From an uncultured Lachnospiraceae bacterium (GTDB lineage: Bacteria; Bacillota; Clostridia; Lachnospirales; Lachnospiraceae): a stretch of 64,000 bases of DNA. The DNA lies in NCBI GenBank assembly GCA_946630725.1, contig CAMOZB010000004.1:50398-114397 (forward strand), written 5' to 3'. Shown here in pieces: positions 49,372 to 57,959 of the stretch; the stretch's first letter is position 1, and each line of letters starts with the position of its first letter. The notes below the pieces were generated by a model, which made no database searches, was not told the DNA's origin, and was given only the letters and a program-made list of their open reading frames with translations. Position numbers and translations under genes: made by a program.

Positions 49372-49875
49372 CTACATACCCTTTATGAGTTTTACATATA
49401 CTTTGCCATCATCCAGATCAACATCTGTTATAAAATCAGGTACGTCCGGTATATATTTTTCTGAACCGTCAGAACATTCTACAACGAAAATTACCTGATC
49501 AGCTTCATTTTCTATATAATCCTTTATAATACCTATCTTACTGTTATCCGCTATTACGTCAAAACCTATGATATCGGCCAGATAATACTCACCATCTTCA
49601 AGAGGAAGCGCATTTAATCTGTCAACATAGAGCTCAGCTCCTCTTAGAGGTGCTATATCATCGATATTCTTGTATTCATCAAATCCAAGAACAGGCATAT
49701 TCTTTTTATATTTACAGCTAATCACATGAACAGGAATCATCTCTCCCTTAATTGATATATATGCCTCTTCCAGATACTTAAATCTGTCTATATCATCAGT
49801 TGTGGGGAATATGCTGACTTCTCCCCTAACACCGTGAGGTGAGGATAAAACTCCTACTCTTAAATAGTCTTCCAT
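49372..49875 (-). CDS. rimM: 16S rRNA processing protein RimM
   Basis: The start is trimmed to ATG 49875, which gives the canonical MEDYLRVGVLSSPHGVRGEV. The track ORF's extra 17 codons lack support. It sits in the rpsP-KH-rimM-trmD order. Confidence 0.88.
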   Translation of the reverse strand: MEDYLRVGVLSSPHGVRGEVSIFPTTDDIDRFKYLEEAYISIKGEMIPVHVISCKYKKNMPVLGFDEYKNIDDIAPLRGAELYVDRLNALPLEDGEYYLADIIGFDVIADNSKIGIIKDYIENEADQVIFVVECSDGSEKYIPDVPDFITDVDLDDGKVYVKLIKGM

Positions 49876-49933
49876 AGATCCTCTCTTATATGAGTTAAGC
49901 CGTGTATAAACACGGCTTAATTCCACTTAATAA

Positions 49934-50161
49934 TTATCTGATATCAACTATAACCTTCTTGTCACCCTTTGACGCAGCTGCTTTCACAACTGTTCTGATT
50001 GACTTAGCGATTCTACCGCCCTTACCTATAACCTTACCCATATCTTCAGGAGCAACAGTTAATTCTATGTTGATAGTAGTATCATCTGAAGTCTCACTTA
50101 CTATAACGCCATCAGGATTATCGACAAGAGATTTTGCAATTATCTCTACTAATTCTTTCAT
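49934..50161 (-). CDS. KH-domain RNA-binding protein (YlqC type)
   Basis: 75 aa with the GxxG motif in MGKVIGKGGRIAKSIR. It lies between rpsP and rimM. Confidence 0.88.
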   Translation of the reverse strand: MKELVEIIAKSLVDNPDGVIVSETSDDTTINIELTVAPEDMGKVIGKGGRIAKSIRTVVKAAASKGDKKVIVDIR

Positions 50162-50178
50162 CGAAACCTCCCGACGTG

Positions 50179-50424
50179 TTATTTGGTTATACCTGCCTGC
50201 TTAAGTAATCTAGCTACAGACTCTGTAGGCTGAGCTCCATTTCCGAGCCACTTCTTAGCTGCATCCTCATCTACCTTGAATGCACTTGGCTCCTGATTTG
50301 GATCATATGTACCAATCTCGTCGATAACCTTACCGTCTCTTGAGTTTCTTGAATCAGCAACAACAACTCTGTATACAGGATGCTTCTTGTATCCAAGTCT
50401 TCTTAATCTGATTTTTACTGCCAT
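50179..50424 (-). CDS. rpsP: 30S ribosomal protein S16
   Basis: The start is trimmed to ATG 50424, with GGAGGA 9 nt upstream. This gives the canonical [26 protein letters not shown]. Confidence 0.95.
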   Translation of the reverse strand: MAVKIRLRRLGYKKHPVYRVVVADSRNSRDGKVIDEIGTYDPNQEPSAFKVDEDAAKKWLGNGAQPTESVARLLKQAGITK

Positions 50425-50482
50425 TTTATTATTCCTCCATAAAATAAATATATTAACAAGCTGATTGCTCGTCACTTACTAA

Positions 50483-51826
50483 TTAAAATCCGAAAGGCAT
50501 ATTGAAACCACCACGTCTCTTCTTCTTGCCCATCATTCCCGAGAACTGTTTCATCATCTTTCGAGACTGTTCAAACTGCTTCATAAATCTATTAATCTCT
50601 GCTATATCAAGTCCGCAGCCCTTAGCTATACGTTGTTTGCGACTGATATTTATCAGATCCGGATTAGCTCTCTCTTCCTCAGTCATAGACTGAATGATGG
50701 CCTTCGGCTTCTTCATAGCATCATCATCTATCTCGACCTTACCGAGCTTTGAGCCAAGTCCGGGGATCATCTTCATGATGTCACTCATGCTTCCCATCTT
50801 CTCCATCTGTTCCATCTGACTTAAGAAGTCATTGAAATCAAATGAAGCCTTGCGGAGTTTTTTCTCCATCTCAGCAGCCTGCTCTTCATCGATAGCAGCC
50901 TGAGCCTTCTCAATAAGAGTCTCCACATCACCCATTCCGAGGATACGGCTGGCCATTCTGTCAGGATAGAAAGGCTCGAGACTATCAAGCTTCTCTCCCA
51001 TACCGGCATACATAATAGGCTTACCGGTAACAGTTCTGATAGAAAGAGCTGCACCACCACGGGTGTCACCATCAAGCTTTGTAAGAACAACTCCGTCAAT
51101 TCCTATCTCATTGTTAAATGTAGTCGCTACATTTACAGCATCCTGACCAGTCATAGAATCGACAGTCAGAAGTGTATATGTAATATCATAAGTATTCTTA
51201 ACAGCCTTAAGCTCGTCCATCATCTCTTCATCGATATGAAGACGACCGGCTGTATCTATAAATACAAGATTTATATTGTTCTGTTCAGCATATTTAAGTG
51301 CTTCACCAACGATTTCTACAGGCTTATGGTCAGTGCCCATCTCAAACACAGGAACTCCGACCTTCTCACCGTTAATCTTCAACTGATCAATAGCTGCTGG
51401 TCTGTATATATCACAGGCAACAAGAAGTGCCTTCTTACCCTTGTTCTTAAACTGTCCGGCAAGCTTGGCAACTGAAGTTGTCTTACCGGCACCCTGAAGA
51501 CCACACATCATAATAGTGGTTATCTCATTGCTGGGCAGAAGCTTCAGCTCGGTAATTTCTGAACCCATAAGCGAAACCAGCTCATCACGAACGATCTTGA
51601 TGACCATCTGTCCGGGGTTAAGTCCCTTCATGACATCCTCACCGATAGCCTTCTCAGTTACACCATTTACAAATGACTTAACAACCTTGAAGTTTACATC
51701 GGCTTCAAGAAGTGCACGTTTGACCTCTTTCATGGCCTCTTTAACATCATTCTCATCAAGCTTACCCTTGCTTCTCAGTTTTTTAAATACGCCCTGAAGC
51801 TTATCGCTTAAGCTGTCAAATGCCAT
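50483..51826 (-). CDS. ffh: Signal recognition particle protein Ffh
   Basis: 447 aa with an N domain, a G domain (GLQGAGKTT, DTAGR, TKLDGD) and a Met-rich M domain. Confidence 0.97.
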   Translation of the reverse strand: MAFDSLSDKLQGVFKKLRSKGKLDENDVKEAMKEVKRALLEADVNFKVVKSFVNGVTEKAIGEDVMKGLNPGQMVIKIVRDELVSLMGSEITELKLLPSNEITTIMMCGLQGAGKTTSVAKLAGQFKNKGKKALLVACDIYRPAAIDQLKINGEKVGVPVFEMGTDHKPVEIVGEALKYAEQNNINLVFIDTAGRLHIDEEMMDELKAVKNTYDITYTLLTVDSMTGQDAVNVATTFNNEIGIDGVVLTKLDGDTRGGAALSIRTVTGKPIMYAGMGEKLDSLEPFYPDRMASRILGMGDVETLIEKAQAAIDEEQAAEMEKKLRKASFDFNDFLSQMEQMEKMGSMSDIMKMIPGLGSKLGKVEIDDDAMKKPKAIIQSMTEEERANPDLINISRKQRIAKGCGLDIAEINRFMKQFEQSRKMMKQFSGMMGKKKRRGGFNMPFGF

Positions 51827-51843
51827 ATACTATCTCCTAATAT

Positions 51844-52224
51844 CTAGAAATTATCAAATACCTCATCTGATAATCTGTTTATCTGTTTCAGATACTGCAA
51901 AAGAGCTTTTTTATCCTTGTCACTCAAATCTGAGCCTTTTATATACTCTTCAGCTTTTGATATCTGTTCTGTAACTTCTTTATTTTTGTCTCTAGCCTCA
52001 GTAAATCTCTTAACAAGACCGAGACGTTTCTCATAATCCTCAAGCTTCTGATTAGTTCTTCTTATCAGATCAAATGCAGCCTGTCTGCTGCAGCCGAACT
52101 CATCAGCAAGTTCAGAATATGACATATCATCGAAGATTGCTGCGCTGAACACATCCTTCTGATGATCACTTAGCATTTCTCCGTAAAAATCATATAATAA
52201 TGATTGTCTGTATCTTTCATCCAT
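51844..52224 (-). CDS. ylxM: YlxM/UPF0122 putative HTH protein
   Basis: 126 aa. LLYDFYGEMLSDHQKDVF...SYSELADEFGCSRQA is a sigma-70 region-4-like HTH. It is immediately upstream of ffh. Confidence 0.88.
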   Translation of the reverse strand: MDERYRQSLLYDFYGEMLSDHQKDVFSAAIFDDMSYSELADEFGCSRQAAFDLIRRTNQKLEDYEKRLGLVKRFTEARDKNKEVTEQISKAEEYIKGSDLSDKDKKALLQYLKQINRLSDEVFDNF

Positions 52225-52256
52225 ACTGCAAAGTAATTCTCCTTGACACTCGGATA

Positions 52257-52285
52257 ATGATATCAGACCAAATGCATGCTGTCAA
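52257..52285 (-). promoter_or_regulatory. Sigma-A-type promoter candidate for ylxM-ffh
   Basis: On the minus strand: TTGACA (52285-80), a 17-nt spacer, then TATCAT (52262-57). It lies about 33 nt upstream of ATG 52224, which has an AAGGAG RBS. Confidence 0.55.
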
Positions 52286-52443
52286 GCATTATTTCTTGAC
52301 AGTTTATATTACTTCTCTACCTTATTTGCATTACCGGACTTTTCATTTCCTTCAGCCTGCTTCTTGTCTGTATAATTACTCTTCCTGCGTGTTCTACTTT
52401 TTTGAGGCTTTGTCTTATCCTTTTCTTCATACTTAATCACCTG

Positions 52444-53085
52444 TTATTTTTTTCTTTTACCTATATAATTGGTTACGTGAGCTCTGCTCTTATCAGAGGA
52501 AGCCTTACTTCGGATTCGTTTTGCCTTCCTCTTTTTCTTTACTATCCCGGTGTCATATATAGTATAGTCCCTCTCAAAAAGCTGTTCAGTCATGTCACGC
52601 TTTATAGTAGGTTCTCCGGCTGTACTTACCAGCCTGTCATATATAACTCTTCGCTTAGTACCAGAAAGCTTGGGAAGTCCTTCTTTTTCCTGAATCTCGG
52701 CAAGCTCGCTTCTCCAAAGAAGATCCAGTTGATTATAGAGCTTGACCTTCGGGGATTTCTCAGCATCTCTTTCTACGATTACATTTTCTTCATTTACGAA
52801 AATTATTCCCCAATAATCAGGCACATGCTTCTCAACCTGAACGTGTCTTTCTCCAACAACTATGTAACATCTGTCACAAAACTGATCATAATCCTTAATC
52901 TGAGTTTTTAATCTGGTATATGTATCATTATCAGACTTTATCTCAAATCCGATCAACTCACCATCAACTACGGCAATTACATCTGCTCTTGAGTTTTTAA
53001 TGGTTTTTTCCTCTATTGTCCTGACCTTCTTATATCTCTCATCCAGATAATCAAACAGAGGCTCCCTTATATCTATGTCGAGCAA
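52444..53085 (-). CDS. PD-(D/E)xK-like protein resembling the 'sce7726' family, with basic C-terminal tail
   Basis: 213 aa. ADVIAVVDGELIGFEIKSDNDTY..IKDYDQFCDRCYIVVGERH..VPDYWGII..LWRSELAEIQEKEGLPK matches my memory of sce7726-family proteins and a D...E-x-K nuclease core. The family name is recalled, not searched. Confidence 0.55.
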   Translation of the reverse strand: MLDIDIREPLFDYLDERYKKVRTIEEKTIKNSRADVIAVVDGELIGFEIKSDNDTYTRLKTQIKDYDQFCDRCYIVVGERHVQVEKHVPDYWGIIFVNEENVIVERDAEKSPKVKLYNQLDLLWRSELAEIQEKEGLPKLSGTKRRVIYDRLVSTAGEPTIKRDMTEQLFERDYTIYDTGIVKKKRKAKRIRSKASSDKSRAHVTNYIGKRKK

Positions 53086-53126
53086 ACCTTCTCTCCTTTA
53101 TGACATTTGATACTTATATTACATAA

Positions 53127-53145
53127 GGGGAGCAAAACGCTCCCC
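53127..53145 (-). terminator. Possible terminator hairpin after the HPr-like gene
   Basis: A GGGGAGC-(5 nt loop)-GCTCCCC hairpin. The U-tract is weak (TTATGT). Confidence 0.4.
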
Positions 53146-53174
53146 TGCATAAATCACGTTATTATATATAAAGC

Positions 53175-53408
53175 TTAATCAACGATATAAGGCTTGATTG
53201 TCTCCATAATCTTGTCCTCATCATGATCAGCATAGATATTGAGCTGTATCGGACTTGAGAGATCAAGACTGAAGATTCCCATAATTGACTTTGCATCTAT
53301 AACATATCTTCCTGATACGAGATCAAAGTCAGCCTTGAATCCGCTTATATCATTAACAAATGATTTAACCTTTTCCATAGAATTGAGTGAAACTTTTACT
53401 TGTGTCAT
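53175..53408 (-). CDS. HPr-family-like small protein (no obvious His-15 motif)
   Basis: 77 aa. LVSGRYVIDAKSIMGIFSLDLS resembles the HPr-like proteins common in Clostridia. Confidence 0.45.
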   Translation of the reverse strand: MTQVKVSLNSMEKVKSFVNDISGFKADFDLVSGRYVIDAKSIMGIFSLDLSSPIQLNIYADHDEDKIMETIKPYIVD

Positions 53409-53568
53409 GCTTGTAACCTCCGTTATTTACAGAATTTTATCTTATGTTATAATGACATATGTGTTTATTGTCACGCAGCATAATATGCTATAAAATGCAT
53501 GCTGACATCCATTTAATATAATAAAGTTAAAGGCTTAAAAAGTCAATATAATAATCGTTCGGAGACAT

Positions 53569-54870
53569 ATGATGTATAAGAATTTACAGGATAAAAAAGT
53601 TCATATAGTTACACTTGGATGCAAGGTCAATCAGTATGAATCAGATTCCATGCTTGAAGCACTGATAAACGAGGGTTGTGTACGGGCAGAATCTGATGAA
53701 CCAGCCGATATATATATCATCAACACCTGTTCTGTCACTAACATGGCTGACAGAAAATCCAGACAGATGATAAGCAGAATGCGTAAGCAAAATGAATCTG
53801 CAATCATTGCAGCTACGGGGTGTTATGTTCAGGCTATAGGCGATGAACTGCTCAAAAACACATCAGTTGATCTGATCATTGGAAATAATAGAAAAAAGGA
53901 CGCTCCGAGAATACTGTCTGAATACATAAGCGAAGGTACAACAAGCGACAGCTTTATAGATATAAATGAAGACTGTAATTATGAGGATATGTCGATAAAT
54001 ATGCCTGAGAACCATACAAGGGCATATATGAAGATTCAGGATGGCTGCAACAACTTCTGCACCTACTGTATCATTCCTTATGTACGAGGTCGAATAAGAA
54101 GCAGAAAGCTGTCAGATATACTGAGCGAGGCTGCTACCCTTGCAAAGAACGGCGTTAAAGAGATAATCCTTACAGGAATAAATGTATCCAGCTACGAAGA
54201 TGGTGATTTTCGAATAAAGGATGTTATCTGCAGACTATCAAAGACTGAAGGAATTGAAAGAATCAGACTCAGTTCTCTGGAGCCGCGTATAATCAGCAGG
54301 GATTTTCTGGAGGCAGTTAGTAAGCTTCCTAACTTTTGTCCGCATTTTCATCTCTCACTTCAGAGTGCCTGCAATAAAACACTTAAAGCCATGAATCGTC
54401 ACTATACTATAGAAGAATATGCAGATTCAGTTAAAATGATCAGAGAGTATTTTGATAACCCTGCTATCACAACTGATATCATAGTCGGATTTCCGGGTGA
54501 AACTGATGAAGATTTTGAAGACTGCTATAAGCATCTTGAGGAGCTCGAACTCTATGAGATGCATGTATTCAAATACTCCAGAAGAAAAGGTACCATAGCT
54601 GATAAGATGCCTGATCAGGTAGATGAGCAGATTAAAACCGAGAGAAGCAATCAACTGCTTAAGCTGACCGCTAAGCAAAAGAAGGCTTTTGAAGAGCTTT
54701 TCAACGGTACAACTCAGGAGGTTCTTATAGAGGAGATTGTTACTAAAAACGACAAAAAATATTTACGGGGACATACAACAAGATATATCCTTGTCGACAT
54801 CCCCGTAAATGATCATGAATTAAGTTCAGCATCCGAACAGATAAATAAACTGATTGAAGCTAGATTATGA
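53569..54870 (+). CDS. mtaB: tRNA t6A37 methylthiotransferase MtaB (MiaB-like)
   Basis: 433 aa. It has a UPF0004 N-domain (LGCKVNQYES) and the radical-SAM motif CNNFCTYCIIPYVRG. The C-terminus is shorter than MiaB's. Confidence 0.85.
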   Translation: MMYKNLQDKKVHIVTLGCKVNQYESDSMLEALINEGCVRAESDEPADIYIINTCSVTNMADRKSRQMISRMRKQNESAIIAATGCYVQAIGDELLKNTSVDLIIGNNRKKDAPRILSEYISEGTTSDSFIDINEDCNYEDMSINMPENHTRAYMKIQDGCNNFCTYCIIPYVRGRIRSRKLSDILSEAATLAKNGVKEIILTGINVSSYEDGDFRIKDVICRLSKTEGIERIRLSSLEPRIISRDFLEAVSKLPNFCPHFHLSLQSACNKTLKAMNRHYTIEEYADSVKMIREYFDNPAITTDIIVGFPGETDEDFEDCYKHLEELELYEMHVFKYSRRKGTIADKMPDQVDEQIKTERSNQLLKLTAKQKKAFEELFNGTTQEVLIEEIVTKNDKKYLRGHTTRYILVDIPVNDHELSSASEQINKLIEARL

Positions 54871-56241
54871 CTCTGCCTTAGGTTCTTTACCCAGTTTATT
54901 CATACTCTGTCTCACCTTGATAAAGCTCATGAGGCACCATGCGATCTGACTGATCGTTGTTGCTCCCCATACTCCCCATACATCAAGGTTTAAAACGATG
55001 GCCAGAATATAACTGGCTATCGGGTTTATAATAAGCACACACAAGGTAGCCATCAATCTCGGACCTTTTACATCTCCCATTCCTCTCATAGCGGCTACAT
55101 TTACTATTCTTGTAATCTGAAGCAATGTGAGTGCAGCAGCTACATAGCTATACTTCGTTCCTGTCGCTATTGCTTCCTCGTCTTTAAAGAATGAACCATA
55201 GAACGCATGCGCACCAAATATATATATAGCGCTTAGGACAATTGACACCACTATTGCTATTTTCATGGCCTTACTCACATATTGTCTAAGTTCACCATAC
55301 TTTTCAGCTCCCATACTTCTGCCGGTTAGCGTTACGACTGTACTCTGAATTCCGTCTCCGAATGCAAAAGAATAATTAAGAAGGATCATCGCTACAAAGT
55401 AAACGGCAGTTTTATCATATGGAAGTGTTGATATGACAATACCTGAAATAAGGAATCCTATTCTTGTAAATATATTCTCAAAAACTACATTTCCAGCTTT
55501 ACTCTTGATATTCTTTTTTATCTCCGGCGTTACATCCTTGGTTCTAAAGGTACCCTTAAGACTCAGGAAGTCGCTTGATTTTTGAAGAAAAATAATTCCG
55601 ATTATACAAGAAGCTACAGTTCCTGCTACTGTTCCAAGTGCATCACCGGCAACCTCCAGTCTTGGAAATCCCCAATGACCTTCGATAAACAGATAATTTA
55701 CAAATATATCTCCAACACCCATTGCTATACTTGAAAAAAGCGTAATTTTTGTTTTCCCGACTCCTCTCAACGCAGCATTTAAAACAATTGAAAGTGTCTG
55801 GAATATCATAAATCCCATAACTATACGGAAGAACTGAACCGAGAGATCTATGGTCTCAGTCTGTTTACTAAAAAGTAAAATCACCGGTTTGGCAAAAACA
55901 GACAGGAGTATACCCAGTACCACTGATAATAATATAGTTATTCTCAGAACAGTATGGAAGTAAGCATTTGCTTCCTCCTTATCCTTTCTTCCTAATGACT
56001 GTGATACAAATATAGATACAGTTGTTCCCAGGGCAAAGAATATACAGAGAAAAAGAAGCTTAGGCTGACTTGTGATAGATACAGCAGAGACAGCTTTTTT
56101 ACCGAGAGGTGCTATCATCTTCGTGTCTATAGATGTAACAACTACACTGATCAGACTCTCTAAAACTGCAGGAATTCCAATCGTTATAAACTCTTTTTTC
56201 ATATTTGGTTTTGCGTCTAATACATTTGCTTTTTCTGCCAA
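54865..56241 (-). CDS. MATE-family efflux transporter
   Basis: 458 aa with 12 predicted TM helices and a MATE-like N-terminus. Its 3' end overlaps the mtaB end by 6 nt. Confidence 0.85.
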   Translation of the reverse strand: MAEKANVLDAKPNMKKEFITIGIPAVLESLISVVVTSIDTKMIAPLGKKAVSAVSITSQPKLLFLCIFFALGTTVSIFVSQSLGRKDKEEANAYFHTVLRITILLSVVLGILLSVFAKPVILLFSKQTETIDLSVQFFRIVMGFMIFQTLSIVLNAALRGVGKTKITLFSSIAMGVGDIFVNYLFIEGHWGFPRLEVAGDALGTVAGTVASCIIGIIFLQKSSDFLSLKGTFRTKDVTPEIKKNIKSKAGNVVFENIFTRIGFLISGIVISTLPYDKTAVYFVAMILLNYSFAFGDGIQSTVVTLTGRSMGAEKYGELRQYVSKAMKIAIVVSIVLSAIYIFGAHAFYGSFFKDEEAIATGTKYSYVAAALTLLQITRIVNVAAMRGMGDVKGPRLMATLCVLIINPIASYILAIVLNLDVWGVWGATTISQIAWCLMSFIKVRQSMNKLGKEPKAES

Positions 56242-56270
56242 TTTTACAATCCTGTTTAATCGAATCTAGT

Positions 56271-57776
56271 TTACATACAAGCTATAGATATGTGTGTAAT
56301 CCCTTTATCATCATCTACATATAATTCAACATAATAAGTATATGCATCATCTGCATATGTATATTCCGTATAATTCAGAGATGTAGAGACGAAGGGGTCA
56401 AAAGGAGGTTCCCCATATGCTGCCTCTATCTCCTCCGCTGTACTTCCCCATGTTATACCACCCGGAAGAATTAACGAAGGATATTTACCGTTTTTTGTAT
56501 ATCCGATATCTATATCCAAAGAGTTGATCTTGCAATCAGCAATTTTCTTCGTTTCTTCTGTATCATTTGTGAAGCCAATCCAGATATCCAGATCATCATC
56601 GAAATTATCACTCTTAAGAGCTATAGTTCCGGGGAGCACATCTCCTGTATTCAGTACATAATCATCATCAAAGCCATAGTCCTTCAGGTTATAAGAGAAC
56701 TCATCACTTATTTTAGAATACTCAAATGGAAGCTCCAGGATATCTCCCTCAAAGCATATCTGCTTTGAATAGAGATCATCTGAAAGACCAGCCGGAATAT
56801 CAACATTTGAACCTGTTTTATAAGGTTCTATATCAATATCCTTGATATTTACAATAAACCACTTACCGTTTACATTCATACATGTGAAGGTACAATAATA
56901 AGTTCCGGCATTTTCTATTCCGTCCTTATCTATATATTTAACAGAAATATTCATATCCCTGATCTCATCAGATTTGTCCTTCTCATAATCCCATGCTTCG
57001 AGTTCAGAAACTCTGTCTGATTCGGAATACATATCTCCCGTCTCTATCTCAACCTTACTTTTCTGAAGCTCTGAGATATGATTCTTATGATCAGTTATAA
57101 AGGACTCTACATTCTTAACAAATGTATCCTTATCCTTAACATCATCAGATACATAGTCCTTAAGATTAGAAGCATTTCCGGAATTATAAGCATCTATATA
57201 AGCATAAGCGATAGTCTCTATACTAGACGCACCACCATCCTCCTTCTTATCAAAAAGGAAGTACATGCCAACTCCAAGACCGGCAAGTAAAACAACGATA
57301 CCGGATATGATTCCGATTATTAAACCTTTAGACTTCTTCCTAGGTTTTTCTTCCTTTCCTTTTGGAGGAAGCTGGCCATATGGAGCAGCCTGCGATGTAG
57401 GTGACTGATTAAGCACAGCCTGCGAAGGTGCATTATACCTTGCCTGTGGCTGAGGAGTATACTGACCCTGCTGTGGGTTATACTGACCTTGCTGAGGAGT
57501 ATACTGTCCCTGCTGTGGATTCATCTGTCCCTGCTGTGGATTATAGGTCATCTGCGGATTACCCTGAGGGAACTGCATATTCGGACGATTACCCTGAGAC
57601 TGCGGTCTGGCATATGGATTCTGACCCGGCATTGGCTGCTGCCCTACATAAGGACTTTGTTCGGGCATAGGCCGTCCGTTTTGTGGATACGGCTGACCAT
57701 ATTGATAAAAAGGTCTCTTAAGTGGTTCCTGCTTTATGGATTCAGAACCGTTATATACCTCTTCTTCTTCGTTCAT
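56271..57776 (-). CDS. Membrane-anchored protein with P/Q/G/Y-rich N-terminus (4 x 7-aa NPQQGQY repeats) and unknown extracytoplasmic domain
   Basis: A 501-aa ORF with an AGAGGTGG RBS. The heptad repeats are encoded at about 57450-57542. There is a single TM helix (GLIIGIISGIVVLLAGLGVGMYFLF) and I recognise no family. Confidence 0.6.
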   Translation of the reverse strand: MNEEEEVYNGSESIKQEPLKRPFYQYGQPYPQNGRPMPEQSPYVGQQPMPGQNPYARPQSQGNRPNMQFPQGNPQMTYNPQQGQMNPQQGQYTPQQGQYNPQQGQYTPQPQARYNAPSQAVLNQSPTSQAAPYGQLPPKGKEEKPRKKSKGLIIGIISGIVVLLAGLGVGMYFLFDKKEDGGASSIETIAYAYIDAYNSGNASNLKDYVSDDVKDKDTFVKNVESFITDHKNHISELQKSKVEIETGDMYSESDRVSELEAWDYEKDKSDEIRDMNISVKYIDKDGIENAGTYYCTFTCMNVNGKWFIVNIKDIDIEPYKTGSNVDIPAGLSDDLYSKQICFEGDILELPFEYSKISDEFSYNLKDYGFDDDYVLNTGDVLPGTIALKSDNFDDDLDIWIGFTNDTEETKKIADCKINSLDIDIGYTKNGKYPSLILPGGITWGSTAEEIEAAYGEPPFDPFVSTSLNYTEYTYADDAYTYYVELYVDDDKGITHISIACM

Positions 57777-57828
57777 AATACCACCTCTTAAACGATAATT
57801 TATCTAATCTCCGTTAAAACTAAACAAC

Positions 57829-57837
57829 ATTATACCA
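57829..57837 (-). promoter_or_regulatory. Extended -10 promoter candidate (TGgTATAAT) for the 501-aa gene
   Basis: The minus strand reads TGGTATAAT, about 53 nt upstream of ATG 57776. The -35 is only weak (TTTCAA). Confidence 0.4.
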
Positions 57838-57865
57838 CTCAATTGCAAAAGCTTGAAATACTTTT

Positions 57866-57918
57866 TGTCCCACTGGGACATTCTTGCAGCAAAGCTGCAG
57901 TCTCGCCGTTCGATTCCC
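57866..57918. repeat. 53-bp direct repeat, copy 1
   Basis: It is identical (53/53) to 58109-58161. Confidence 0.95.
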
Positions 57919-57937
57919 AGAATCTTTTTATAAAAAT

Positions 57938-57959
57938 GTCCGTAGGGGAATCCCGCCGT
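57938..57959 (-). pseudogene. tRNA-Glu 3'-end fragment (duplicated acceptor/T-stem + part of anticodon stem)
   Basis: 57938-57952 equals 58214-58228 (15/15). After a 12-nt deletion relative to the gene, 57953-57959 equals 58241-58247 (7/7). It has the same orientation as the intact tRNA-Glu. Confidence 0.75.

Noticed and set aside
53409-53568. A 13-nt palindrome AGCATAATATGCT (about 53478-53490) and a GCATGC palindrome in the mtaB/HPr-like divergent region, as a possible operator.
   Set aside because: This is a single short AT-rich palindrome with no second copy in the window and no adjacent regulator. It is indistinguishable from chance in AT-rich promoter DNA.
57866-57918. The 53-bp repeat as a cryptic tRNA or tRNA-like gene, because it ends in GTTCGATTCCC.
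   Set aside because: Hand folding fails. The five bases before TTCGATT (CGCCG) do not pair with the bases after it (CCCAG or CCCTA). The only anticodon-like arm has a 3-nt loop, or a 7-nt loop lacking U33 with an AAA anticodon. There is no acceptor stem.
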